NCBI GenBank assembly: GCA_964495635.1
Contig: CAZBXF010000003.1
Location: 1-55,911 of the forward strand
Source of the DNA: an uncultured Phycisphaeraceae bacterium
Lineage (GTDB): Bacteria > Planctomycetota > Phycisphaerae > Phycisphaerales > UBA1924
Direction of reading: 5' to 3'
DNA length: 55,911 nt
A model generated the notes under the pieces. It did not search any database. It saw only the letters and a program-made list of their open reading frames with translations, and was not told where the DNA came from. This document shows positions 16,990 through 25,530 of this stretch, in pieces. The stretch's first letter is position 1; every line of letters begins with the position of its first letter. A program made the translations under genes and the position numbers.

Positions 16990-17017
16990 CCGCACGCCCC
17001 GTTTCCGGAGCGTGCGG
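16990..17017 (-). terminator. hairpin directly downstream of the DUF1559 gene (terminator candidate)
   Basis: An 8-bp stem CCGCACGC / GCGTGCGG with a 12-nt loop, 13 nt after the stop at 17031. On the minus strand it is followed by CGTTTCTCG, a weak T-tract. Confidence 0.35.
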
Positions 17018-17030
17018 GTGAAGGAGTCGG

Positions 17031-18092
17031 TTATGGCGTCTGACGGACGTCGGTGCCCGTGCCGGTCAGGCTGTAGAACTTGGTTCCCCAGCGGCGGGCC
17101 TCGATGGTCTTCACGATGGTGGACTGCTCAACGTGGCCATCGACATATGCGAAGTTGACCTGGCCACCCTTGCTGTCCTTGCTACCGGGGTGGTGACGAC
17201 CCACGGCGTTCATCTGTGTCGGGGGGCTGTCGATCATGTTGTTGGTGAGCTGGCTCTCGGGGAGGATCTCCGCGGCCGTGGGGTAACGGAAGCGCGGGAT
17301 GTTGCCGCCGGAGGTGGGCTCCTGGAAGACCTGGTAGCCGGAGCTGATGCCGAGGAAGGGCGTGATGGGACGGTGGCTCTTGATGAGGCCGTCGACGCCG
17401 ATCGACTGCCAGTTGTTCGCGAAGAGGAACTCGGTGACGAGAATTTCAGAAGAGGGGTTCTGGATCCAGGCGTCCTTCACGAGCTGATTGCGACGCGGGC
17501 CGCTGATGTTGAACTTGTTGCGGGTGAAGATCGCGGCGTTGCCCGTGTAGGCGGTGCGCTTGACCTGACGGTCCTGCGGAGTCTGCGAGACGGGGCCGTT
17601 GCCGAGGTCATTGACCTGGCCCTGCTCCCAGTCGGCGAGCTCAGGGCCCGGGTTGGTCCGAGGCGCGCCGCCGTTGGGGATCTGCGGGCACTCGAAGGAC
17701 TCCTGGTTGGTGGAGCCGTCGTTGAAGAGGGCGTAGGACCAGTGGACGTAGCCGTTGGCGGGGTTGGGGTTGCTGTCGAGCTGGTCAGCGACGCGCCAGT
17801 CCATGCCCTCCTCATCCTTGCCATAGACGTACGAGGGGGGGAAGAAGTTGGTCGTGGCGTTGTAGCCGGCGACGCCCTGGACGACCGAGCGGGCGTTGGC
17901 GGCACACTTGATCATGCGGGCGGTGGCGCGGGCGGAGCCCAGCGCGGGAAGGAGGATGCCGATCAGCACCGCGATGATCGCGATCACGACCAGCAGCTCG
18001 ATCAGCGTAAACCCGGGCCGCGTCTCGGCCGGGACGGGGAGCGATCCATGGGTGGGGCTCTTCTTGCAGAGGCTTTTCTGGCTCACGGTCAT
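17031..18092 (-). CDS. DUF1559 family protein with prepilin-type N-terminal cleavage/methylation domain (planctomycete H-X9-DG protein)
   Basis: N-terminal [27 protein letters not shown] and a C-terminal H-X9-DG-type segment [26 protein letters not shown] at 18092 with GGAG upstream. Confidence 0.9.
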   Translation of the reverse strand: MTVSQKSLCKKSPTHGSLPVPAETRPGFTLIELLVVIAIIAVLIGILLPALGSARATARMIKCAANARSVVQGVAGYNATTNFFPPSYVYGKDEEGMDWRVADQLDSNPNPANGYVHWSYALFNDGSTNQESFECPQIPNGGAPRTNPGPELADWEQGQVNDLGNGPVSQTPQDRQVKRTAYTGNAAIFTRNKFNISGPRRNQLVKDAWIQNPSSEILVTEFLFANNWQSIGVDGLIKSHRPITPFLGISSGYQVFQEPTSGGNIPRFRYPTAAEILPESQLTNNMIDSPPTQMNAVGRHHPGSKDSKGGQVNFAYVDGHVEQSTIVKTIEARRWGTKFYSLTGTGTDVRQTP

Positions 18093-18827
18093 CGAGGGAA
18101 CTCCGGTTCGTCGCGTCGCGGACGGGGGTGGTTGGCCAGGTTGGCCCAGACGGTGTTTCGATCACCCTCGGCGGCACAGGACCCGCATCAGTGACCCGTG
18201 GCGAATGGAGATCGCCGCCACGAATGGACCGGGTGTCCTGATGCGGAAGAACAATACACGCGAGCCTGCACATTACTTTCTTTGTTTGGTGTGATTTACA
18301 CTAAGAAGTGATGAAGGCAGGTCACCTCCACGCCACGGGGCGGTGCCGGGGCCAGAAGTTCGCAAGCCCATTCCTCACAGTGCCTTGGATTCGCAGGAAT
18401 CAGTGCGTCCCGCGAGGAAACGCAACCCACAGCCTGCGGGACAACCACCAGTCGGAGTATTCTCTCCGCACCCGCTGCGCAACCTTCGGGATCTCCCGAG
18501 GGTCGGCGAGAAGACCCTAACACTCAGCCTTCAATGATCTTAGGTTTGTCCTGGTACTCGCCACTTGTCGTGTGCCGGGTGCGACGCACACTTATGAAGA
18601 TCACACAATCTGCATATTGTCTTAATGATTTTCGAATGGTCAGACCCGCTCTCTCGGGGGGTATGCCCGGATCGCCCGGGCCGGACCAACCCCGCGCGGC
18701 CTCGCTCCAAGGCCACGACGCACGTCTACGGGCGGGGGTCCGGACCGGGTACCCTCCTTGATGGTTCTGCGAACGCCCTGCCGGGTCGCGCGGCTGTCGG
18801 ATCGCTGGAGACGCTCTGGAGACTGCG

Positions 18828-20705
18828 ATGCGTGTTGAGGTTCGGACCACCCTTCGTGCTCGAGGCCGGATCGCGGGCGGGCTGGCGTTCGCGGCTGGAA
18901 CCCTCGCCGCGTCGATGCTTCTGAGTGCCCCTGAGGCCCGTGCTCAGGAGGCGCTCCAGCGAACCACGCTCATCGAAGATGGTCACCAGCTGGGCGTGGG
19001 ACGCCTGGTTCGGGATCTGGACCTGCTCGCACTCGGCACCGGTGCCGGGGCGGCTACACCCGCCACGCGCCGGTTGTCACAGATTCTGGAGGGTCGTTCG
19101 CTGGTCGTGATCGCGATGACGAGCGTCACCTGCCCGCTCTCGAAGAAGTACGCGCCGCGGCTGGCGGCGATGGAGGACGAGCTGCGCCAGAGGGGCGTCG
19201 GCTTCGTTTATGTGAACACGGTCGAGGCCGAGTCTGAGTCTGACATGCGGCGGCAGGCCCGCGAGCAGGGCTGGGAGGGGCCATACCTGGCGGACCGGGA
19301 CCGCTCGGTCTCGGGCGGCCTGGGCGCGAGGACCACCACGGAGGTCTTCCTCATCGACGCATCACGCACGCTGCTGTACCGCGGCGCTCTGGACGATCAG
19401 TACGGCGTGGGGACGAGCCTGCCGGAGGCGCGGCGGCACTTCCTTCGCGATGCGATCGAGGCGGGGCTGGCGGGCGAGCGGGTACGGGTCCGCGCCACCT
19501 GGCCGCCGGGCTGCCTGCTCGATGAGGCCAAGGACGCGCCGAAGGCGCCGGCTAACGCCGCGCCCGAGCCGCTCACCTACCACGGTCGAGTCTCGAGGAT
19601 CCTGGCGCAGAGCTGCGTTGAGTGCCACCAGAACGGCGGCGAGGCACCTTTCTCGCTCGAGTCACTGGCCGATGTGCAGGGACGGATCCGGATGATCGAG
19701 GCGGTCGTGGGCGACCGGATCATGCCGCCATCTCACGGCCAGCCTTCGCCCTCTGCTCCCGCGCTCGATAATGCCAGCGGCGGGGCCCGATGGATGAACG
19801 ATGAGGATCGGTCGGATCTTCTTGAGTGGCTCGCTTCGGCGCGGCCGGTGGGCGAGCCGGGCGACGCGGTTCGGGCGCGGGTGGAGGCGCCGTCCGGCTC
19901 GTGGCGCATCGGTCCGCCTGAGGTCGTGCTCTTTGGCGCGCCGATGGCGCTCCCGGCGGTGGGGCCGCTGGTGCACAGGCGTGTGCTGATCCCGACCAAC
20001 TCGGAAGCGGATCTGTGGCTGAGTTCGGTGGAGGTGCGGCCCGTGGAGCGCGGCACCGTGCATCATGCGCTGCTGTGGATCGTGCCACCGGGCGGGCGGT
20101 TGCCGGGGCCGGGCGAAGTGCCGACGGACCTCGAGCTCTTCGCGACCTACTCACCGGGCGACAGCGTGGTGCGGCTTGCGCCGGGTCGGGGGCGGCGCGT
20201 GCCTGCGGGCTCGCTGCTTGTGGCTGATGCGTACTTGCGGCCGATGGGGCGCGAGATGAACGCCGGCCTGCGGATCGGGATGAGGACGCTTGTGGCAGCG
20301 CCCACAACGCCGCGCACGGCTCAGACGCTGGTCGCGTCGCTCCCAGAGATCGCGCCGGGGGCCCGGGATGTGCGGGCGAGTGCGGAGATGGTGCTCGATC
20401 GCACGACGCGGGTGGCGGCCCTCACGCCGTCGGCCTCGGCGCGGTGCGTGAGCCTGCGAGTGGAGGCGATGCTGCCGGATGGCTCCACGCGCGTGCTGCT
20501 GGATGCTCCGAAGCATGACTTCCGGTGGCAGATCCGGTCGGACTTTGCGGAGCCGGTGGAGCTTCCGGCCGGGACCCGTGTGAGGCTCACCGGAGTCTTC
20601 GACAACTCCGCGTCGGCACCGAACAACCCGGCCCCCAGCGAGGCGGCCCGGGGAGGCGCGGGTGCCGCGGAGGAGCGACTGCTCGTCTCGATCGAGTCGG
20701 AGTGA
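18828..20705 (+). CDS. secreted multidomain redox protein: thioredoxin-like (redoxin) domain + mono-haem c-type cytochrome motif + C-terminal beta-sandwich (Cu-monooxygenase-like, tentative)
   Basis: Signal-like N-terminus ...AFAAGTLAASMLLSAPEARAQE. Redoxin-like segment LVVIAMTSVTCPLSKKYAPRL...TEVFLIDASRTLLYRGALDDQYG. Haem-c motif SCVECHQNGGEAPFSL. A later VHHALLW segment gives only weak resemblance to copper type II monooxygenase folds. Confidence 0.8.
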   Translation: MRVEVRTTLRARGRIAGGLAFAAGTLAASMLLSAPEARAQEALQRTTLIEDGHQLGVGRLVRDLDLLALGTGAGAATPATRRLSQILEGRSLVVIAMTSVTCPLSKKYAPRLAAMEDELRQRGVGFVYVNTVEAESESDMRRQAREQGWEGPYLADRDRSVSGGLGARTTTEVFLIDASRTLLYRGALDDQYGVGTSLPEARRHFLRDAIEAGLAGERVRVRATWPPGCLLDEAKDAPKAPANAAPEPLTYHGRVSRILAQSCVECHQNGGEAPFSLESLADVQGRIRMIEAVVGDRIMPPSHGQPSPSAPALDNASGGARWMNDEDRSDLLEWLASARPVGEPGDAVRARVEAPSGSWRIGPPEVVLFGAPMALPAVGPLVHRRVLIPTNSEADLWLSSVEVRPVERGTVHHALLWIVPPGGRLPGPGEVPTDLELFATYSPGDSVVRLAPGRGRRVPAGSLLVADAYLRPMGREMNAGLRIGMRTLVAAPTTPRTAQTLVASLPEIAPGARDVRASAEMVLDRTTRVAALTPSASARCVSLRVEAMLPDGSTRVLLDAPKHDFRWQIRSDFAEPVELPAGTRVRLTGVFDNSASAPNNPAPSEAARGGAGAAEERLLVSIESE

Positions 20706-20713
20706 GTTCAGAG

Positions 20714-20905
20714 CTACACGCCGCAGCTGCCTGAGACGACGAAGGTGGCGATCAGCTGGGCGTCACCAAGGTCCACGTTCTCATCGTTGTTGACGTCGCC
20801 GCTGAGCCAGGAGGCTTCGGGCGTGACAAGGCCGACGACCGTGCGGGCCAGATCCTGGGCATCGGCGAGGTCGATGTTCTGGTCCTGGTTGAAGTCGTAG
20901 TCGCA
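20714..20905 (-). repeat. copy B of the 192-nt coding repeat (C-terminal dockerin-like module)
   Basis: Encodes CDYDFNQDQNIDLADAQDLARTVVGLVTPEASWLSGDVNNDENVDLGDAQLIATFVVSGSCGV*. This is the most divergent of the seven copies. Confidence 0.9.
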
Positions 20906-22642
20906 TGGCGAGGGGCATCCCATCGATCCGCAGAAGAAGGGGATTCGTGCGACCGTCGAGCGCGCCTGACCCTGAGGCCCTGCGGGATCGTTCACGATCC
21001 ACTGCGCGAAGAGGATCTGCCCGCCCCGGACCGTGCCGCCGGAGAGGGGCCAGTGGACGGTGCCGACGCCCTGACCGTTGCCACTGCCCTCAGCGAGGAC
21101 AGTGACGGGCAGGATGCGCTCGGGGTTGATGCGCCCGTTCACGGGTGGCTGCGAGGAGAGGGCGAGCTGCGCCGTGGCGCCGCCGAGGGCGCCATCGAGG
21201 CCGATGCGATAGTCGAGGTTGCCGATCATCGGCGGCGAAGACACGATGATGCGCGGGATCAGCCCGCCGGAGCCCGCGATGCCCGCGCCGCCCTGCTGGG
21301 GCGGCACGATCGTGGCCTGATTCTCGGGGCGCTGGGCCGCGAGGGTCGGACGATCGAAGGGGAAGGTCTGGGCCGCGACGCGCGGATCAAGCAGGCCGCC
21401 ACGCAGGAAGGCCTCGATGTCCGCCGCGGGGGGAGGCGGCACGTTCACGTTGAGCATGATCGGGTCGCGGTTGTCGGGGAACTGCGGCGCCGCGCCGGGC
21501 GCGCGGGCGTAGAAGCGGATGACCTCGGTCAGCGGCGTTGAGCCCGGGGGCGTTGCGCCGGGATTGAACTGGCCGTTGTGCATGAACGTGGTCTTGAGGC
21601 CGACGTTGCGCAGGCCCGGGACCTTGAACTTGCCGCGGTCCGCGGCGTTGCCCGTGGTGAGCTGGAGGCCGAGGTCTTCCGCTGGCGGACGCAGGCCGAT
21701 GTTGCGGAAGCCGTTGCCGGTAAAGAGCGGCGGGATGTGGCACTGATTGCAGTTGCTGGCCTGGAAGGCGTTCCAGCCGCGGGTCTGCGCGGGCGTCAGC
21801 GCGGCGGGATTGCCCGCGATGAACGAATCCCACGGCGTCTGGTTCGCGATCAGCGTGCGCTGGTACGTCGCGAGGGCGAAGGCGATGCGGGTGGGCGTGA
21901 TGGCGCCATCACCAAACGCTCGCTGGAAGAGCTCGGGGTAGCCGGGCTGATCGGCGAGGGCGGCGGCGACATCGGCGGGGTGGTTGGTCGCGAGGTCGAG
22001 CGGGCGCGAGCGCTCAAGGCGCGAGGCAACCTGGGCCCAGTCGATCCCATCGTGGGCCATCTCGACCGTGCTGAGTGGCGGCTGGACACTCTGACTCTCG
22101 AGCGCGCCGCCGACGGGGATGATGACGGAGTTGGTCGTCGGGTCGCGGAACTCGCCGCGGGCGCGGCCGTCCCAGAAGAGGACGGGCGCGAAGGCGGCGT
22201 TGATGTTGGAGTTGGCCGCGCGGTCGGTGACCTGCGGATTGAGCGCGAAGAGCGCATCGCGGAGGTAGTCGTTGTCGGCATCGGAGCGGATCACGCCGGG
22301 CGAGGCGATGCGATCATCGCCGTTGTTCAGCAGTCCATCGGGTCCGGGGTGGCGGGCCTGGCGCGGATCAGCGCCGGCGCGGTTGGGCTGGTGGCACGAG
22401 CCACAGGACATCGTCAGGCTCGTCGAGAGCTGCTCATCCCAGAAGAGGATCTTGCCAAGCACGGCCTTCTCGGGCGTGATGGGGTTCTGCGGCGGAGCCT
22501 GCACCTGCGGGAAGGGCTGCGCCGAGGCCGTCGTGACGCTGCCCGACACGACGGAGAGGATCGCGGCCGTCAGCAGGACCGCCGAGGTGGAGCGGATCGG
22601 AAGAGGGTGACCGACCAATGAAGGGAACCGAAGCGCGCTCAT
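20714..22642 (-). CDS. di-haem cytochrome c peroxidase (CCP/MauG family) fused to the shared C-terminal dockerin-like module
   Basis: Two CxxCH motifs (SCGSCHQPNRAG and NCNQCHIPPLF) and the conserved FKVPGLRNVGLKTTFMHNGQF. Signal MSALRF...VVSGSVTTASAQP from the ATG at 22642 (GGAGA 7 nt upstream); the ATG at 22669 is an alternative. Ends in CDYDFNQDQNIDLADAQ...VSGSCGV. Confidence 0.9.
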   Translation of the reverse strand: MSALRFPSLVGHPLPIRSTSAVLLTAAILSVVSGSVTTASAQPFPQVQAPPQNPITPEKAVLGKILFWDEQLSTSLTMSCGSCHQPNRAGADPRQARHPGPDGLLNNGDDRIASPGVIRSDADNDYLRDALFALNPQVTDRAANSNINAAFAPVLFWDGRARGEFRDPTTNSVIIPVGGALESQSVQPPLSTVEMAHDGIDWAQVASRLERSRPLDLATNHPADVAAALADQPGYPELFQRAFGDGAITPTRIAFALATYQRTLIANQTPWDSFIAGNPAALTPAQTRGWNAFQASNCNQCHIPPLFTGNGFRNIGLRPPAEDLGLQLTTGNAADRGKFKVPGLRNVGLKTTFMHNGQFNPGATPPGSTPLTEVIRFYARAPGAAPQFPDNRDPIMLNVNVPPPPAADIEAFLRGGLLDPRVAAQTFPFDRPTLAAQRPENQATIVPPQQGGAGIAGSGGLIPRIIVSSPPMIGNLDYRIGLDGALGGATAQLALSSQPPVNGRINPERILPVTVLAEGSGNGQGVGTVHWPLSGGTVRGGQILFAQWIVNDPAGPQGQARSTVARIPFFCGSMGCPSPCDYDFNQDQNIDLADAQDLARTVVGLVTPEASWLSGDVNNDENVDLGDAQLIATFVVSGSCGV

Positions 22643-22775
22643 GCTGGATCTCCGTGCGGCCCCTCTCATGGGTGGGAAAACGCCGCGGCAGATCCGGTAT
22701 TGCGGACAAGGACGAAACAGTCTCGCGGGCGAGGGAGGTTCAGGGGAAGCACGGAGGGGAGGCGGGGAATTCGAA

Positions 22776-22837
22776 GTTAGGCATTTGGAGTTAGGCATTC
22801 GGCATTCGGGCTTTGCGAATGCCTCACCACGAATGCC
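22776..22837. promoter_or_regulatory. cluster of GGCATT / AATGCC hexamers (3 direct + 2 inverted) upstream of the peroxidase gene
   Basis: GGCATT at 22780, 22794 and 22801; AATGCC at 22818 and 22832. GTTAGGCATT is repeated with a 14-bp period (22776 and 22790). GGCATTCG (22801..22808) can pair with CGAATGCC (22816..22823). The patch is relatively AT-rich. Confidence 0.35.
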
Positions 22838-22861
22838 GAGTGCCTTCCGCGCCCCCACCAT

Positions 22862-23053
22862 TCACACGCCGCAGGTTCCCCTCACGACGTACGCCGCGAG
22901 GAGCTGGGCGTCGGTGAGGTCGGCGTTCTCGTCGTTGTTGAGGTCGCCGTCGAGCCAGTTGGCTTCGGGTGTGAGCGAGCCGACGAAGACCTGGGCCATC
23001 TGCTGCGCATCGAGGAGATCGATGTTCTCGTCGCGGTTGAAGTCGTAGTCGCA
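22862..23053 (-). repeat. copy C of the 192-nt coding repeat (C-terminal dockerin-like module)
   Basis: Encodes CDYDFNRDENIDLLDAQQMAQVFVGSLTPEANWLDGDLNNDENADLTDAQLLAAYVVRGTCGV*. Confidence 0.9.
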
Positions 23054-24409
23054 GGGGTTGCGGGGTGTGCGGTAGGCGCGGAGGTAGGTGTCGGTGCTTG
23101 CGACGATGAGGGTGCCGTCGGTGGCGAGGACGGGGGCGCCCTGGTTGAGGTTGCCGGTGACGGGCATCGACCAGCGTTCCGTGAGGTCGGGGTTGAAGGA
23201 GTAGAGCATGCCGCCGCCGAGGCCGCCGGCGTTGCCATTCGAGACGTAGAGCACGCCCCGCTGATCGACCGCCATGTGGATCTGCATGTAGTCGGCGGTG
23301 ATGGTTGCGGAGGTGTTGAGGACCGCGCCCGTCGCGGGATCGAGGCGCTGGAGCTGGCCCTGGGCCTCGAAGTCCTGCGTGCCGGTCCAGGTCATGGAGT
23401 AGATCGAGCCATCGGCCCCGACGCCCCAGCGGGAGAACTCGCCGCCGCCGCCGGAAGAGACGCGCCAGTTCTGGACGATCTCGGTGCCGGTGTCGGTGAA
23501 GGAGTAGAGGAAGTCGCTATTGACGTTGAAGTTCTGCGAGTAGTTGAGGTAGATGCGGCCGTCGGTGCCGATGAAGAGGCCGTTGTGCAAGAGGCCGCCG
23601 GTCAGGAGCGGGCCGCGGTAGAGGGGGGCGCCGGTCGTCGCGTCGATCTTGCGGACGCCGATGCGGTTTCCGGAGTAGAGGTCCGCGGTGTAGACGGCGT
23701 TGCCCTCGATGACGACGCCGGTGGTGTTACCGACCTGCTCGACGCGCGACGTCCGCCAGACGAGGTTGCCCGTCTCGGCGTCGATGCGTTCGATCCAGCG
23801 GAATGAGCCGAAGATGATGTCGCCATCGGAGGCGAAGACGGCGCTCGTGTACGGACCAGCCAGGATCTCATAGCGCGGCGGAAGCGGGCTCGGACCGCCC
23901 GCGGTGTGCCAGAGGATGGCGCCGGTAGCCGCGTCGAGGCAGTAGACCGGCGCGGCGATGCTCCCGCCGTTGCCGGAGCGGCTGGCGTAGAGGCGGCCGT
24001 TCTTCACGCCCGCGATCCACGTCGTCCAGTCGCCGGGCTCGAAGGGGAGATCGGCGGTCCACAGCGTGGCGCCGGTATCGAGATCGAGCGCGTAGATCGT
24101 GGCGTCGTTCGGGGGCGGGTTGTTCTGCGGAAAGTCCGACTGCCGGACGATAAACACGCGCCGTCCCTCGACGACGGGGTTCCAGGCGATCCAGCTGAAC
24201 GCGCCATCCTGCCAGAGGAGGTCCGACTCACCCACGCCATCAGGACCGACGACATCCACGAGGCCGTTGCAGCGGCCATTGCCGCCGAGGTTGGACCAGT
24301 CCTGGATCTGTGCCGAGGCAGCCGAAGCGGGCGCGAGCAGCGCGGCGCAGCAGGAGAGGAGGCCCGAACGGAAACGCCGTGAACGGAGAAGCGATCCTGC
24401 AAACATCAT
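22862..24409 (-). CDS. secreted PQQ-like/BamB-like beta-propeller repeat protein with the shared C-terminal dockerin-like module
   Basis: Signal MMFAGSLLRS...LLAPASAASAQ (GAGGAG upstream; the ATG at 24409 or 24406 could be used). Recurrent LD..TG..LW blades: IYALDLDTGATLW, VYCLDAATGAILW, IERIDAETGNLVW, RKIDATTGAPLY, LQRLDPATGAVL. Ends in CDYDFNRDENIDLLDAQ...VVRGTCGV. Full-length paralog of 35454..36935. Confidence 0.85.
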   Translation of the reverse strand: MMFAGSLLRSRRFRSGLLSCCAALLAPASAASAQIQDWSNLGGNGRCNGLVDVVGPDGVGESDLLWQDGAFSWIAWNPVVEGRRVFIVRQSDFPQNNPPPNDATIYALDLDTGATLWTADLPFEPGDWTTWIAGVKNGRLYASRSGNGGSIAAPVYCLDAATGAILWHTAGGPSPLPPRYEILAGPYTSAVFASDGDIIFGSFRWIERIDAETGNLVWRTSRVEQVGNTTGVVIEGNAVYTADLYSGNRIGVRKIDATTGAPLYRGPLLTGGLLHNGLFIGTDGRIYLNYSQNFNVNSDFLYSFTDTGTEIVQNWRVSSGGGGEFSRWGVGADGSIYSMTWTGTQDFEAQGQLQRLDPATGAVLNTSATITADYMQIHMAVDQRGVLYVSNGNAGGLGGGMLYSFNPDLTERWSMPVTGNLNQGAPVLATDGTLIVASTDTYLRAYRTPRNPCDYDFNRDENIDLLDAQQMAQVFVGSLTPEANWLDGDLNNDENADLTDAQLLAAYVVRGTCGV

Positions 24410-24498
24410 GGACTCCTCTACTTGGCCCCCCACTCCAAGAAGAACCACTCTTGGACTTGGGCATGCACGCGTGCACACGAGAAACGACCTGCGAAAGC

Positions 24499-24526
24499 GC
24501 ACGCGCCGGACCGAGCCGGCGCGTGC
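24499..24526 (-). terminator. GC-rich hairpin downstream of the PEP-CTERM gene (terminator candidate)
   Basis: A perfect 11-bp stem GCACGCGCCGG / CCGGCGCGTGC with a 6-nt loop, 28 nt after the stop at 24554. Only a weak T-run (GCTTTCG) follows on the minus strand. Confidence 0.4.
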
Positions 24527-24553
24527 ACGAGAGAGCTGGAGCGATGATGCCGT

Positions 24554-25453
24554 TCAGCGGCGGCGACGAAGGCCTGCAACCGCGCCAAGGCACAGGAGGC
24601 CCAGCGAGGCTGGCGCGGGGATGGCGTAGCCCTGCCACGCGCTCCGGGCGCCGTCGTAGACGAAGAGCTGACCATTGGCAAAGCCGACGCCGTACGCGAA
24701 GGGCGCGGCGATGTCGAGGTCCCAGGTGTCGACGTAGCTGCCATCGAGGCGGAAGGTGTACGCCTGGTTGGTGGCCGAGGAGGCGACGACGAGCAGGTCG
24801 TTCTGCTCGTCAAATCCGCCCGCGAAGAACGAGAAGCCGGGGTTGCCGATCGGCGCCGTGTCGAGCGTGATGGTTCCGAGGAGCGAGCCATCCACGCGGC
24901 TCACGCGGTGCACGGTGTTGGCGATGCTGAAGGAGTAGAAGAGGTTGCGACCGGTGTCGTAGACGGGCATGGTCTGGCGGCCGAGGTTCCCGGGGACGGT
25001 CGCGAGGAGGAGGCTCGTGGAGCCCGTGACGAGTCCGCTTCCATCAAGGCCAGCCGCAAAGAGCCCCTGTGCTCGGCCGCCGATGTCGCCGATGCCGCCG
25101 TCGCGCGCGTTGAAGGTCATGAGCTCGAGATTGCCTGTGTTGGCGTTGTAGTTGATCGAACGCAGGTCGTGCTCGATCTCGCCGAACTCCTGGAGCGGCG
25201 CTCCGGTCTCTGAGTAGACGTAGAGATCAGAGAGGAGGGGCTCTCCCGCACCTGCGCCGGCGGCGTAGTACTGCCGGAAGCCAGGGTGCCAGGTGACGTT
25301 CAGACCCGCACCCGGAGGCGCGGAGGTCGGGAGCACGATCGTCCGGGTTGCCACGCCCGCCTCCGCGGGGGCCGACGCCCCGACAACGCCCAGCGCCGCG
25401 ATCGAGCCGGCGAGCAGACTCACGAGGGCCGAAGAACGACAACGCTGCACCAT
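24554..25453 (-). CDS. secreted hypothetical protein with a PEP-CTERM-like C-terminal sorting signal
   Basis: The ATG at 25453 gives the signal MVQRCRSSALVSLLAGSIAALGVVGASAPAEA. The extreme C-terminus IPAPASLGLLCLGAVAGLRRRR* has the PEP-CTERM architecture (Pro-x-Pro motif, hydrophobic helix, Arg cluster). Confidence 0.75.
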   Translation of the reverse strand: MVQRCRSSALVSLLAGSIAALGVVGASAPAEAGVATRTIVLPTSAPPGAGLNVTWHPGFRQYYAAGAGAGEPLLSDLYVYSETGAPLQEFGEIEHDLRSINYNANTGNLELMTFNARDGGIGDIGGRAQGLFAAGLDGSGLVTGSTSLLLATVPGNLGRQTMPVYDTGRNLFYSFSIANTVHRVSRVDGSLLGTITLDTAPIGNPGFSFFAGGFDEQNDLLVVASSATNQAYTFRLDGSYVDTWDLDIAAPFAYGVGFANGQLFVYDGARSAWQGYAIPAPASLGLLCLGAVAGLRRRR

Positions 25454-25530
25454 GGTGATACCTCTCTGGATTGAGTGATCCTTCCCGGATTCGGGTGAGC
25501 CACACTCCCCGACAGTTCGGGAGTCTATCA

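Noticed and set aside
17133-18194. 353-aa plus-strand ORF
   Set aside because: It is antisense to the DUF1559 gene, which has clear prepilin N-terminal and H-X9-DG motifs.
21578-22621. 347-aa plus-strand ORF
   Set aside because: It is antisense to the di-haem peroxidase gene. The product is Arg/Gly/Glu-rich.
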